Part shown: positions 9,200-17,677 of the stretch, piece after piece | Position numbering within the stretch: position 1 is the stretch's first letter | Layout of the letters: each line of letters begins with the position of its first letter | Assembly (NCBI GenBank): GCA_900319365.1 | Contig: ONOE01000007.1 | Location: 1,792-65,791 of the forward strand | Direction of reading: 5' to 3' | Source: an uncultured bacterium | GTDB taxonomy: Bacteria; Cyanobacteriota; Vampirovibrionia; Gastranaerophilales; Gastranaerophilaceae | DNA: 64,000 bases | Notes under the pieces: model-generated | Seen by the model: the letters and a program-made list of their open reading frames with translations, nothing else | Database searches by the model: none | Told to the model about the DNA's origin: nothing | Position numbers and translations under genes: made by a program

Positions 9200-10429
9200 T
9201 TATTCGTATCTCAATGCTTCAATCGGATTGAGACGTGATGCCTTGTATGCGGGGTAATACCCGAAACCTATTCCGATTGCTGCCGAAAATCCGAGCGATA
9301 ACAATACTGACGAAAGCGTTATGGCAATATTCATCCCCGCAAAGTGATGCATCAGGTACGCTCCGAGTATTCCGACAAATACCCCGATAAGTCCGCCTGC
9401 CATTGAAAGAATAAATGATTCAATTAAAAATTGTATTCTTATATCTGATGCTTTAGCTCCGATTGCCATTCTGATACCGATTTCTTTTGTACGTTCGGTA
9501 ACTGATACCAACATAATATTCATAATTCCTATACCGCCGACAATCAAGGATACCCCTGCGATTGCGCCTAATAATAATGACATTGTTTTTGTTGTAGATT
9601 TTATTGATTCCTGCATTTCAGCAAGGTTTCTTATCTCAAAATCATCGTCCTGCTTTGTGCCGATATGGTGGCGTTTTCTGAGAATTTCCGTTATATCTTC
9701 CTGCGTAAGCGAAATAACTTCATCATTTTGAGCTTTAACGGTTATCATATTGACTGTTCCGGGGAAGTCCGTTCCGAAAACTTTTCTCTGGGCGGTCGTA
9801 ATCGGGATAAATACAAGGTCGTCTTGATCCTGCCCCATTCCGCTTGAACCTTTGCTTTTCAAAAGCCCGACAACTTTAAACGGAATGTTGCCGATACGAA
9901 TGGTTTTGCCTATCGGGTCAACATCGCCGAATAGTTCTGTTGAAACGGTCTGCCCGATTATGGCAACTTTTGTTCCGTTTTTTGTATCTTCGGGCAAAAA
10001 TCCTCGTCCTTCGTCAATGTCATAATTTCTTATCATAAAATAAGACATTGAAGTTCCCGCAATTGAGGTTGACCAGTTTTGGTTGCCGTAAGTTACCTGT
10101 TGGGTTTCAGATGAATAAGGAGCAACGGCAAGCACCCCTCTTGCTTTTTGGTCTATTGCAACAGCATCTTTTAATGTCAGAGTCGGTTTTGTACCCATAC
10201 CCATACGTACTCCGCCAGATTTCGCAGAGGCAGAATGTATCATTAACAGGTTGCTGCCCATTGCTTCCATTTCGGCGGCAATTTTTTTACTTGCGCCGTT
10301 TCCGACCGCAAGCATTATAATAACGGCGCTGACACCGATAATTATGCCAAGGCTTGTGAGCATTGAGCGCATCTTGTTTATTTTTAATGATGTTATTGAC
10401 ATTTTTAAGAGTGATTTATAATCAAGCAT
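9200..10429 (-). CDS. ABC transporter permease, MacB/FtsX family
   Basis: 409 aa. N-terminal TM, large periplasmic MacB_PCD-like region and a C-terminal FtsX 3-TM bundle ending in YYPAYKASRLNPIEALRYE. Confidence 0.88.
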   Translation of the reverse strand: MLDYKSLLKMSITSLKINKMRSMLTSLGIIIGVSAVIIMLAVGNGASKKIAAEMEAMGSNLLMIHSASAKSGGVRMGMGTKPTLTLKDAVAIDQKARGVLAVAPYSSETQQVTYGNQNWSTSIAGTSMSYFMIRNYDIDEGRGFLPEDTKNGTKVAIIGQTVSTELFGDVDPIGKTIRIGNIPFKVVGLLKSKGSSGMGQDQDDLVFIPITTAQRKVFGTDFPGTVNMITVKAQNDEVISLTQEDITEILRKRHHIGTKQDDDFEIRNLAEMQESIKSTTKTMSLLLGAIAGVSLIVGGIGIMNIMLVSVTERTKEIGIRMAIGAKASDIRIQFLIESFILSMAGGLIGVFVGILGAYLMHHFAGMNIAITLSSVLLSLGFSAAIGIGFGYYPAYKASRLNPIEALRYE

Positions 10430-10502
10430 TTTTGTTTTTCCTTTTTATCTCGGGATAGCAATCCCGATTTACTGATATTTTAGGTTTATAAATTTATAAA
10501 CT

Positions 10503-11219
10503 TTAAGTTTCTCTTGTTCTGTGTTTGAGCCATTCATTTTTTGGCATATCGGAAACTATCTTTCCGTCTTTGAATTTTACAACCCTTTGAGTGTATTCGG
10601 CAATATCAGGTTCATGCGTTACAAGAACAATCGTTTTGCCTAATTTTTCATTGAGTTTTACAAAAAATTGCATAACTTCAATACTCGTTTTTGTGTCAAG
10701 GTTTCCTGTCGGTTCATCGGCTAAGATTAACGGTGCATCGTTTACCAGAGCTCTTGCGATTGCAACTCTTTGCTGCTGACCTCCCGACATTTGGTTTGGC
10801 ATGTGATCTTCTCTGTATTTCAAACCGACAATTTCCAATGCTTTTTTTGCACGCTTAATTCGTTCTTCTTCGGGAACTCCTTTATAAATCATCGGCAGAC
10901 AGACATTATCCAATGCAGAGGTTCTTGAAATCAGGTTAAATCCCTGAAAAACAAACCCCATCTTTTCGCACCTGATTTTTGCAAGGCTGTCGGGGTCAAG
11001 ATGAAGCATATCCTGTCCGTCAAGGTAATATTTGCCCGAATTTGGTTTATCAAGAGTGCCGAGCATATTCATAAATGTTGATTTCCCCGAACCTGATGTT
11101 CCCATAATTGCGACAAACTCCCCTTTTTTAACGTTTAACGATACATCGTCAAGCGCATTAAAAGATTCTTCGCCTGTTGAATATGTTTTTATCGCATGTT
11201 TTACTACTATTAAATCCAT
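10503..11219 (-). CDS. ABC transporter ATP-binding protein, MacB/LolD type
   Basis: Walker A GTSGSGKST, signature MSGGQQQRVAIARAL, Walker B LILADEPTGNLD and H-loop VTHE. Confidence 0.92.
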   Translation of the reverse strand: MDLIVVKHAIKTYSTGEESFNALDDVSLNVKKGEFVAIMGTSGSGKSTFMNMLGTLDKPNSGKYYLDGQDMLHLDPDSLAKIRCEKMGFVFQGFNLISRTSALDNVCLPMIYKGVPEEERIKRAKKALEIVGLKYREDHMPNQMSGGQQQRVAIARALVNDAPLILADEPTGNLDTKTSIEVMQFFVKLNEKLGKTIVLVTHEPDIAEYTQRVVKFKDGKIVSDMPKNEWLKHRTRET

Positions 11220-11254
11220 TTTTTGTTGTCCTGTTAAGTCTTTTTGTCAGATAC

Positions 11255-11283
11255 TTGAATTTTGTATCAACATCGTTTATAAT
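11255..11283 (+). promoter_or_regulatory. near-consensus sigma-70 promoter TTGAAT-N17-TATAAT on the + strand
   Basis: TTGAAT at 11255-11260, a 17-nt spacer and TATAAT at 11278-11283. The predicted TSS at about 11289-11291 coincides with the first base of a long-range helix. Confidence 0.5.
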
Positions 11284-11288
11284 ATAAA

Positions 11289-11540
11289 CACAGAGTGACA
11301 GTTTCCTAAGCTGTCGGAATCTCTTTAGAGTTCTGAGCGGTTTTTACCTTTTATGGTGAGGACCGCTCTTTAATATGTATAAAATCAAGAAGATTATAAT
11401 TAAAGTCAAATTGAGATTATCCATATTGCCCCCTTTCTAGTCGGGCATACGCCGAGTTCTGAATGTAAATGTGACGATGTCCTTTTTTGAAAGAAGATTC
11501 TTTTACTCTGTGTTGTAGCCTGTTTTAGGCTGCCATATTA
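11289..11540 (+). ncRNA. candidate structured RNA (about 250 nt) of unknown class; possibly the mRNA of a 19-codon ORF
   Basis: A 5'-3' closing helix pairs 11289-11297 (CACAGAGTG) with 11504-11512 (TACTCTGTG). A second helix pairs 11316-11322 with 11495-11501. There is a 14-bp hairpin (11335-11348 / 11355-11368) and a terminal hairpin at 11515-11533. Several G-U pairs are allowed only in the + strand transcript. No protein ORF of 60 aa or more is present. The region looks GC-richer than neighbouring spacers by eye. Confidence 0.4.
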
Positions 11541-11591
11541 TCAATGTTCTTTATTGTTGGTTTTATTTTATCACGGATTTATGATACTTGT

Positions 11592-12791
11592 TTATATTCC
11601 TGTCTTTTCGTCCAGTTTGAAATATTCAATCATTTCATAAATTGAAGAAATTTCATTGAAAAATTCTTTGACCTTTTTACCATCGGTTAGTGAGGTGAAA
11701 AATGAACCAATTTCAAATACATCCTTGTTTGTGCTGATTGCAAATAAAATCCTTTTGTCAAAGAATGCACATTTGATTTTATTTGTTCCGAATGCTGTTT
11801 TGAGGTTATACAATCTGTCCATAAATGTTGGAGTTACAAGGTATCTTGCTTCAATTTGGTCTTGAGAAAAAACGGAGAACCTTTTATCGAATTTCAAATC
11901 TTCAAGATTTACCTTTTCAATTTTGCTTCGATCTGATAATATTTTAATTGCAGCGATAATAGCGGTTATTGCCAGACAAATACATCCCCCTAAAATTTCT
12001 CCTTTTGAAAACGGGTCGATACAATATAAAAGCAGTCCGGCAATAATAGCAAGCGGAGTTTTGTTCCGGATATTATAATCGCCTTTTGTCGTAATTATTG
12101 TATGAGCTTTAATTTCCTTATTTGACGGTACAAGAACTATTATTCCTTTAAATACTGTTACAAGTGTTTTTCTGCCTTTGTAATATGTTTCATAAAGCAT
12201 TTCTGTTTCAAATACGTTAAACTTTACTCCGTTATATGTTCCTTGGAATGTATCATCAAATTTTAGTTTGTCAAAGTCTGCAAAAAGTTTGCTTTCGCTA
12301 AATATGTATGATGCGGTTCCTTTTTCTTTTCCGTAAACGTAGTCATTAATATCTTCAGATAAAAAAATGCCGTTAGAAACATCAAATTGAGAGTCTTCTC
12401 CCCAAACTATTCCGTTGTAGAGTTTTTTAAGTCGTCGCATACATTTTTCTTTAATTTTTGTTTTGAATTTTTTAGCAAAATTAATCGGCAGCCAAATCAT
12501 TATAGCTATAATTAAAAATATAATTATAGGGAACAACATGCTAAAACCAAATAAAACAGATGATGAGCTCGTTGAAAATTTATACGTCAAATACGCAAGA
12601 ATTATGCAGCTCAAAGCCATTATAATTTCGCAGAAAAATAATTTTTTCATGTTACTTAATCTGACTTTTTCCAGTTTTAATAAAACAGGATATATGTCTT
12701 TTAAATATAAGTCGTAAAATTCTTTTCTCAGATTGCGCATTGCAGTATTTTTTCGGTTTTCTTTGTTTTGCATTATATATAAATATCCCAT
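11592..12791 (-). CDS. membrane protein of unknown function (possibly DUF3137-like)
   Basis: 399-aa ORF with two N-terminal and two central TM segments. The C-terminal ARYLVTPTFMDRLYNL stretch resembles DUF3137 proteins from memory (unverified). The start is ambiguous (12791 or 12773). Confidence 0.55.
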   Translation of the reverse strand: MGYLYIMQNKENRKNTAMRNLRKEFYDLYLKDIYPVLLKLEKVRLSNMKKLFFCEIIMALSCIILAYLTYKFSTSSSSVLFGFSMLFPIIIFLIIAIMIWLPINFAKKFKTKIKEKCMRRLKKLYNGIVWGEDSQFDVSNGIFLSEDINDYVYGKEKGTASYIFSESKLFADFDKLKFDDTFQGTYNGVKFNVFETEMLYETYYKGRKTLVTVFKGIIVLVPSNKEIKAHTIITTKGDYNIRNKTPLAIIAGLLLYCIDPFSKGEILGGCICLAITAIIAAIKILSDRSKIEKVNLEDLKFDKRFSVFSQDQIEARYLVTPTFMDRLYNLKTAFGTNKIKCAFFDKRILFAISTNKDVFEIGSFFTSLTDGKKVKEFFNEISSIYEMIEYFKLDEKTGI

Positions 12792-12815
12792 TACTTTTGA
12801 GTTTAAACTTTATTT

Positions 12816-14018
12816 TTAAAACATTCCGGGAGGTCCGCCACGTCTTTTATTTGAATTTGTTGATGCGGCTTTTGACCCTTTGCCGCCTGTTGAACCGACA
12901 ATAACTTTATCTCCGACACGAACTTTGTTTGATATGATTTCAACATGCGAATCATCGCTTGCGCCCTCTGTTACGGGGATTCTTACGGGCTGGTTGCCCT
13001 CAAGCAGCCAGATACCCTGCTGTTTATATTTTTTGCCGTTAGATTCGGGACTGTATTTTAGAGCAATAGAAGTCGTGCAAAGAACATTCTTTCTTCTGTT
13101 TGTAATGATTGAAACATTTGCCGTCATTCCGGGTTTCAGTTTTAAGTCTTTATTGTCAACGCTCACGATTACGGTATATGTAACGACATTTGATGTGGTG
13201 GTAGAATCAAGTCTTACCTGCGTTACTTTGCCGTAGAATGTTTGGTCGGGGTATCCGTCAAGACTGTATTCAACGTCTTGTCCTGTTTTTACGTTTCCTA
13301 TGTCGGCTTCCGATACGTTCACTTCAATCTGCATCTTTGTTAAATCCTGTGCGATTGTGAATAGTTCGGGAGCTTGGAAACTTGCTGCAACGGGCTGTCC
13401 GACATCTATATCTCTTGAAATTATCGTTCCGTTTACGGGGGCTATGATTTTTGTATACCCTAAGTTTGCTTTTGCTGTTTTATAATTTGCTCTTGCCTGC
13501 GCAATTGATGCCTGCTGAGCTCCTATTGCGGCTTTTTTTGCAAGATAATCACTTTCTGCCTGATCAAGTTCGCTTCTTGCTATAAAATTTTTGCTGTACA
13601 AATTTTTGTACCTGTTATATGTTTTTTGAGCATAAACCATTTCAGCGTTGAGCTTTGCTAAAGTTGCCTCTGCATTAATAATTTGAGCTTCATTCTGCTC
13701 TAATTGGGATTGAAAAGTCGTTGGATCCATTTGAGCTAAAAGCTGCCCTTTTTTTACTTCGGAGTTGTAGTCTACATAAATTTCTTTCATCAATCCTGAT
13801 ACGGTTGAACCTACACTTACCGTGTTAACGGGATTGATTGTGCCTGATGCTTCAACAACCTGCGTAATGGTGCACCTTGTAAGAGGCTGGGTTTCATAAC
13901 GGACACTCGTTTCATTTTTTATGGAAAATCCTATAACGCAAACAGCAACAACCGCAAGCGGTATTACTATTTTCTTTTTCTCGGTTAAAAATTTCAGTAT
14001 TTTATTTTTTCTTTCCAT
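12816..14018 (-). CDS. efflux periplasmic adaptor, HlyD/MacA (membrane fusion protein) family
   Basis: N-terminal anchor, a lipoyl-like/coiled-coil hairpin (long A/Q-rich heptads) and beta-barrel segments. It overlaps the upstream TolC-like gene by 17 nt. Confidence 0.88.
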   Translation of the reverse strand: MERKNKILKFLTEKKKIVIPLAVVAVCVIGFSIKNETSVRYETQPLTRCTITQVVEASGTINPVNTVSVGSTVSGLMKEIYVDYNSEVKKGQLLAQMDPTTFQSQLEQNEAQIINAEATLAKLNAEMVYAQKTYNRYKNLYSKNFIARSELDQAESDYLAKKAAIGAQQASIAQARANYKTAKANLGYTKIIAPVNGTIISRDIDVGQPVAASFQAPELFTIAQDLTKMQIEVNVSEADIGNVKTGQDVEYSLDGYPDQTFYGKVTQVRLDSTTTSNVVTYTVIVSVDNKDLKLKPGMTANVSIITNRRKNVLCTTSIALKYSPESNGKKYKQQGIWLLEGNQPVRIPVTEGASDDSHVEIISNKVRVGDKVIVGSTGGKGSKAASTNSNKRRGGPPGMF

Positions 14019-15525
14019 TTGTTTTACCCTCTAATGTTTTGGTAACTCTTTGCGGCAGAGCAATCACGCTTTCTAAAGCTGCACGTGCAACATTATAATT
14101 ATAAATAGTATTTATGTAAGATTGTTGAGCGTTGTTGTAATTAACTTTTGCGTCCTGCAATTCTATGTAGTCGCCAAGTCCTACATAGTATCTTCCTTCT
14201 GCAAGTTCGTAATTCTCCTTTGTCTGGCGAACTTTTACCCCTTGCAAAGGAATTTGTTTCTCTAATTGTATCATATTAATATATGCATTTTGAACCTGAA
14301 AGAATATATCTTTATCAAGTTGGTCATAAGCGGTTTGTGCGATGTCTATTTGATATTTGCCTGCATCAATCTGATTTTTTTGCGCCATTATGTTTAATGA
14401 ACTTGAAAGATTTACACCTGCTATGATGGTGTTAGCCGTCGGATTGTGGCTCGTATCTCTCAGAGTATAGCCTGCATTTGCCGATACTGAGGGGTAGTAA
14501 TTTCTTTTAATGTAGAGTAAATTTTCTTTTAGAGCATCAACTGTTAATCCGTAAGCTTTTAAGTCGGCACGGTGTTTTTTTGCTATTTTTAAACATTCGT
14601 CAAACGAATACGGGAATTTTTCGGTTTTATAATTTGTTAAAACTTCGGTTTGAGAAACGGTCGTTGTGAATTTCGCATCAGATACCTGTTTAGGTAATTC
14701 GTTTGTTTCTTTGCTTGAAGTTTTGCCGAAATGCGATAAATCCATCGGGGCAACGCTATCGCTAATCATAAAGCCTTCGGGGGCTTTGATTTCATAATTC
14801 GGAGCATCTATAAGATACATTGCGTTGTTTAAATTGACAAGAGATTTTTGGTATGTATTTTCGGATTGTACAAGCCCGATTTTAGAATCGCTAAGGGTTA
14901 CTTCCGCATTGACCAGATCGATTTTGGATTTTAACCCTTCGTCATAGTAGGCCTTAGTTCTTAAATAGTTGCGCTCGTTTATGTCAACGTAGGACTGATT
15001 TATCAAAACGCTTGCTCGGGCAGCCAGAACCTGATAATATTTTTGTTTAACGTCAAAAGTTACCTCACGAACAGCATTGTAAAAATTATATTCGTCTGCT
15101 ATTTGGTAGAATTTTTCCATTTTAATTCTTGCGTATGTTTTGCCGAAATCAAATAACAGCATGTTTAGTGTAGCGTTCAGGTTGTAGGCATTTGTATCGG
15201 CGCTGAATCTGCTTTGGTGGTTGTTTGTAAAGTTATATCCCGCACCTACGCCGATTGTGGGGAAAAACTCGGATCTTGCCAAATTTACGCTTGTTTTTGA
15301 AACTAAGTAATTATATTGCGCAGTTTTAATTGAGGGGCTGTTATTCAGGGCAAGCGCAATACAGTCGTTCAACTCCAGAACGGAACCTTTTTTAACCCTT
15401 ATAACGGGAGCTTCCGTTTGTTGAATTTTTTCTGTTCCGTCGCCTGCTTCAATCGCATTAGCGGGCAGGACAAGCAATGATGATATTAAAATTACGGTTA
15501 ATACTAACCTTTTTCTTATTTCCAA
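14002..15525 (-). CDS. TolC-family outer-membrane efflux protein
   Basis: Signal peptide followed by two internally repeated OEP halves with typical Y/N/Q-rich coiled coils. First gene of the efflux operon. Confidence 0.85.
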   Translation of the reverse strand: MEIRKRLVLTVILISSLLVLPANAIEAGDGTEKIQQTEAPVIRVKKGSVLELNDCIALALNNSPSIKTAQYNYLVSKTSVNLARSEFFPTIGVGAGYNFTNNHQSRFSADTNAYNLNATLNMLLFDFGKTYARIKMEKFYQIADEYNFYNAVREVTFDVKQKYYQVLAARASVLINQSYVDINERNYLRTKAYYDEGLKSKIDLVNAEVTLSDSKIGLVQSENTYQKSLVNLNNAMYLIDAPNYEIKAPEGFMISDSVAPMDLSHFGKTSSKETNELPKQVSDAKFTTTVSQTEVLTNYKTEKFPYSFDECLKIAKKHRADLKAYGLTVDALKENLLYIKRNYYPSVSANAGYTLRDTSHNPTANTIIAGVNLSSSLNIMAQKNQIDAGKYQIDIAQTAYDQLDKDIFFQVQNAYINMIQLEKQIPLQGVKVRQTKENYELAEGRYYVGLGDYIELQDAKVNYNNAQQSYINTIYNYNVARAALESVIALPQRVTKTLEGKTNGKKK

Positions 15526-15647
15526 TTGAGTCTTTTAACCTATACCGGCTATTACATATATATAACGATTAAAACATTATTTTGTTCATTTGTCGTCCTA
15601 CAAAGAATGTAAAAAACAAAAAGGAGTAAAAAAATAAGAATAAACTC

Positions 15648-15676
15648 TTGAAATATTTTTTTTTGCATGTATTATA
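15648..15676 (+). promoter_or_regulatory. sigma-70-like promoter for tRNA-Gly (TTGAAA-N17-ATTATA)
   Basis: TTGAAA at 15648-15653 and ATTATA at 15671-15676, about 19 nt upstream of the tRNA 5' end. Confidence 0.4.
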
Positions 15677-15694
15677 GAATAGTACCAGCCTCAT

Positions 15695-15769
15695 GCGGGG
15701 GTAATTCAGTGGTAGAATGCTTCCTTGCCAAGGAAGATGTCGCGAGTTCGAGTCTCGTCTCCCGCTCCA
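15695..15769 (+). tRNA. tRNA-Gly (anticodon GCC), CCA encoded
   Basis: Cloverleaf folded by hand. Acceptor GCGGGGG/CTCCCGC, D-arm with AGTGGTAGA, anticodon stem-loop CTTCC-TTGCCAA-GGAAG, T-arm GCGAGTTCGAGTCTCGT, then discriminator T plus CCA. Confidence 0.95.
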
Positions 15770-15770
15770 T

Positions 15771-15808
15771 AAAAGACAGATAGATTTTTCTATCTGTCTT
15801 TTATTTTT
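15771..15808 (+). terminator. intrinsic terminator after tRNA-Gly
   Basis: 12-bp stem AAAAGACAGATA/TATCTGTCTTTT with an 8-nt loop, followed by a T-rich tract. Confidence 0.6.
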
Positions 15809-15966
15809 ATGGGGATATTGACGAGAACTCGATTTTCGAGTTTGAGCGGGGTGCGAGCAGAGGGCGGTATATTTTTATGCCCGTTTTGGGGTTGGAAGTT
15901 TTTTAAAAGTTGTTAATACCTATCTGGGACTTTTGAATGGGAAATAAATAAAAAATTTCAAACACA

Positions 15967-15988
15967 CAGCCTAACAGAGGCTGTTTTT
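15967..15988 (+). terminator. hairpin plus T5 (CAGCCT-AACAG-AGGCTG-TTTTT)
   Basis: 6-bp GC-rich stem followed by TTTTT. It closes a GC-richer 180-nt segment between the tRNA and the transposase-associated repeat array. No ORF is present. Confidence 0.4.
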
Positions 15989-16012
15989 GTATATAGAGAT
16001 TTACGTCCGAAT

Positions 16013-16142
16013 TCTTGCACTTTTGTCCCTTTTTTTGCACAAAATTGCACTAAATTCTAAAAAGACACTATTGCAATTCGGTAAAAGCCCAACACAATTT
16101 ATATTTACCCCCGGTGCAAAAATGTGCAATTTAGTGCAATTT
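16013..16142. repeat. array of TTGCAC / GTGCAA sites, including a perfect 15-bp inverted repeat; putative transposase/repressor binding sites of a decayed Mu/Tn7-like element end
   Basis: TTGCAC occurs 3 times (16015, 16035, 16045) and TTGCAA once (16071). The reverse complement GTGCAA occurs 3 times (16114, 16124, 16134). AAATTGCACTAAATT (16042-16056) is the exact inverted repeat of AATTTAGTGCAATTT (16128-16142). Confidence 0.55.
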
Positions 16143-16250
16143 AATTTTCTCTCACAAACTGATATGTGTCGAATTATCTCTGAGACTGCGATACAGGACT
16201 TGACTTTCCCTGAGACAAGAGTGATGAATGTGTCAGTAAGGATTTTTAAT

Positions 16251-17663
16251 ATGACTGAAACACTTGATACAATTAAATTCACACCGGAAAAGTCAAAGCA
16301 AATCGCACTTGCTAGGCTTGATTTAATCCACAAATGGCTTGAGTTTAGGCGAAAGACAAACAACAAACTCCAAGCTGATTATGATTTTGTGAATTTACAA
16401 AACGCATCAAACTCGCATCTATTCCAAGTTATAGGTAAAATTTCTCGTGGCTCTTTACATCGCTGGCACGCCATGCTTGGCGGAACTGACGATTATCAAA
16501 AGCTACTACCACAGTATAAATACGCTAGCGTCAATGACTATCGCACTTGTCTTACTGACGAAGAAATTAAAATATTTATGGGGTTGCTTTTACACCCAAA
16601 CCGAATTTCAATAGGAAAAGCGACTGCGCTTACTAAATACAAACTGCGTGAGCAAGGACAAAGCTTTATCCCTGCAGATATCACGTTTCGGCGTTACGCA
16701 ATGTGGTTCAAGAACAACAATTACGACCAATGGTCTCAAATTTATTTTTTAGATAATGGAGATAGTTTAGGCACTATTTTTGAAGATTTTAAGAGGAATA
16801 CAAATTTATCAAATGACCTGTATAAAAATAAAGAAAAACAAAAGCTATTTGAAGAAAACATAAATTCTGTATACGATAAAATTAATAATTTTACAGTAAG
16901 AGAAACAAAAAATAGTAATATAATAAATTTACCATCTAAAAAATATATTAATGAATTAGTTAATTTTGAAAAACATCAAGAATTATTATATGAAAAGGTT
17001 CGAAATGAATTAACAATATTAGTTGAAAAAAACTCCGAAATTGTTGTAGATGATTCAACTCAAATATTGAAAAGATTATTAAGACTAATTCAAATAGCAT
17101 CCAATCCTAAATTGGTAGATGAATCATATACAAATATAACCAATAAAGAAAAAAAATTAAATGAATTAGTTGGAACAATTATCAATAATCAAGAAAAATG
17201 TATTATATGGTCGAATTTTATTGAAAATGTCGATTATTTTACAAAAAAATATGCTGAATACAAAGCAGTTAAAATTCATGGGAAAATGACAATAGAAGAT
17301 AGGAATCGTTCAGTTGAAAAATTTAAAAAAGATGATTATAAAATCTTAATAGCTACACCTCAAGCAGCAAAAGAGGGATTAACATTAACAATGGCAAATC
17401 ATGTCATTTTTTATGACAGAGGCTTTAGTTTAGATGATTATTTGCAAGCACAAGACCGTATTCATAGAATTTCACAGAAAAAAACTTGTTATGTCTATAA
17501 TATAATGATAGAAAATAGTATTGACACTTGGGTTGATACATTATTAGATGCTAAAAAAGCATCTGCGGCATTAGCCCAAGGAGATATTACTATTGAAGAG
17601 TACCAAAATATATCCAATTATAGTTTTGGTAAGATTATAAAAAGTATTTTAAAAATGGAATAG
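16251..17663 (+). pseudogene. chimeric ORF: N-terminal DNA-binding region of a Mu/TnsB-like transposase (to about 16735) fused in frame to the C-terminal lobe of a SNF2 helicase (about 16740-17663)
   Basis: The N-terminal part (ARLDLIHKWLEF..ISRGSLHRWHAMLGG..LTDEEIKIFMGLLLHPNRISIGKA) stops just where a DDE core should begin. The C-terminal part carries SNF2 motifs IV-VI only (KILIATPQAAKEGLTLTMANHVIFYD, QAQDRIHRISQKK). Motifs I-III are absent. There is a sharp drop in GC by eye at about 16735. Confidence 0.6.
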
Positions 17664-17677
17664 AAAGGGGTAAATAC

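Noticed and set aside
11289-11540. Known RNA families (6S, SRP/4.5S, RNase P, tmRNA, hammerhead, c-di-AMP ydaO) for the orphan structured RNA
   Set aside because: The diagnostic strings are absent: GGAAGCAGC for SRP, GAGGAAAGTCC for RNase P, the tRNA-like CCA end for tmRNA, the CTGANGA...GAAA core for hammerhead, and the ACGGGGA/ACCC pseudo-repeat for ydaO. The fold is branched rather than the single long bulged helix of 6S.
15810-15860. Direct repeat of the tRNA-Gly 3' half (att site) marking an integrase-type island boundary
   Set aside because: Only scrambled short matches to the tRNA T-arm are present (GACGAGAACTCGA, CGAGTTTGAG). There is no contiguous repeat of 15 nt or more, and no tyrosine or serine integrase gene is present.
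15987-16250. N-terminal 88 codons of the 558-aa ORF in the track
   Set aside because: This stretch is the TTGCAC repeat array and translates to low-complexity sequence. The first convincing start is the ATG at 16251.
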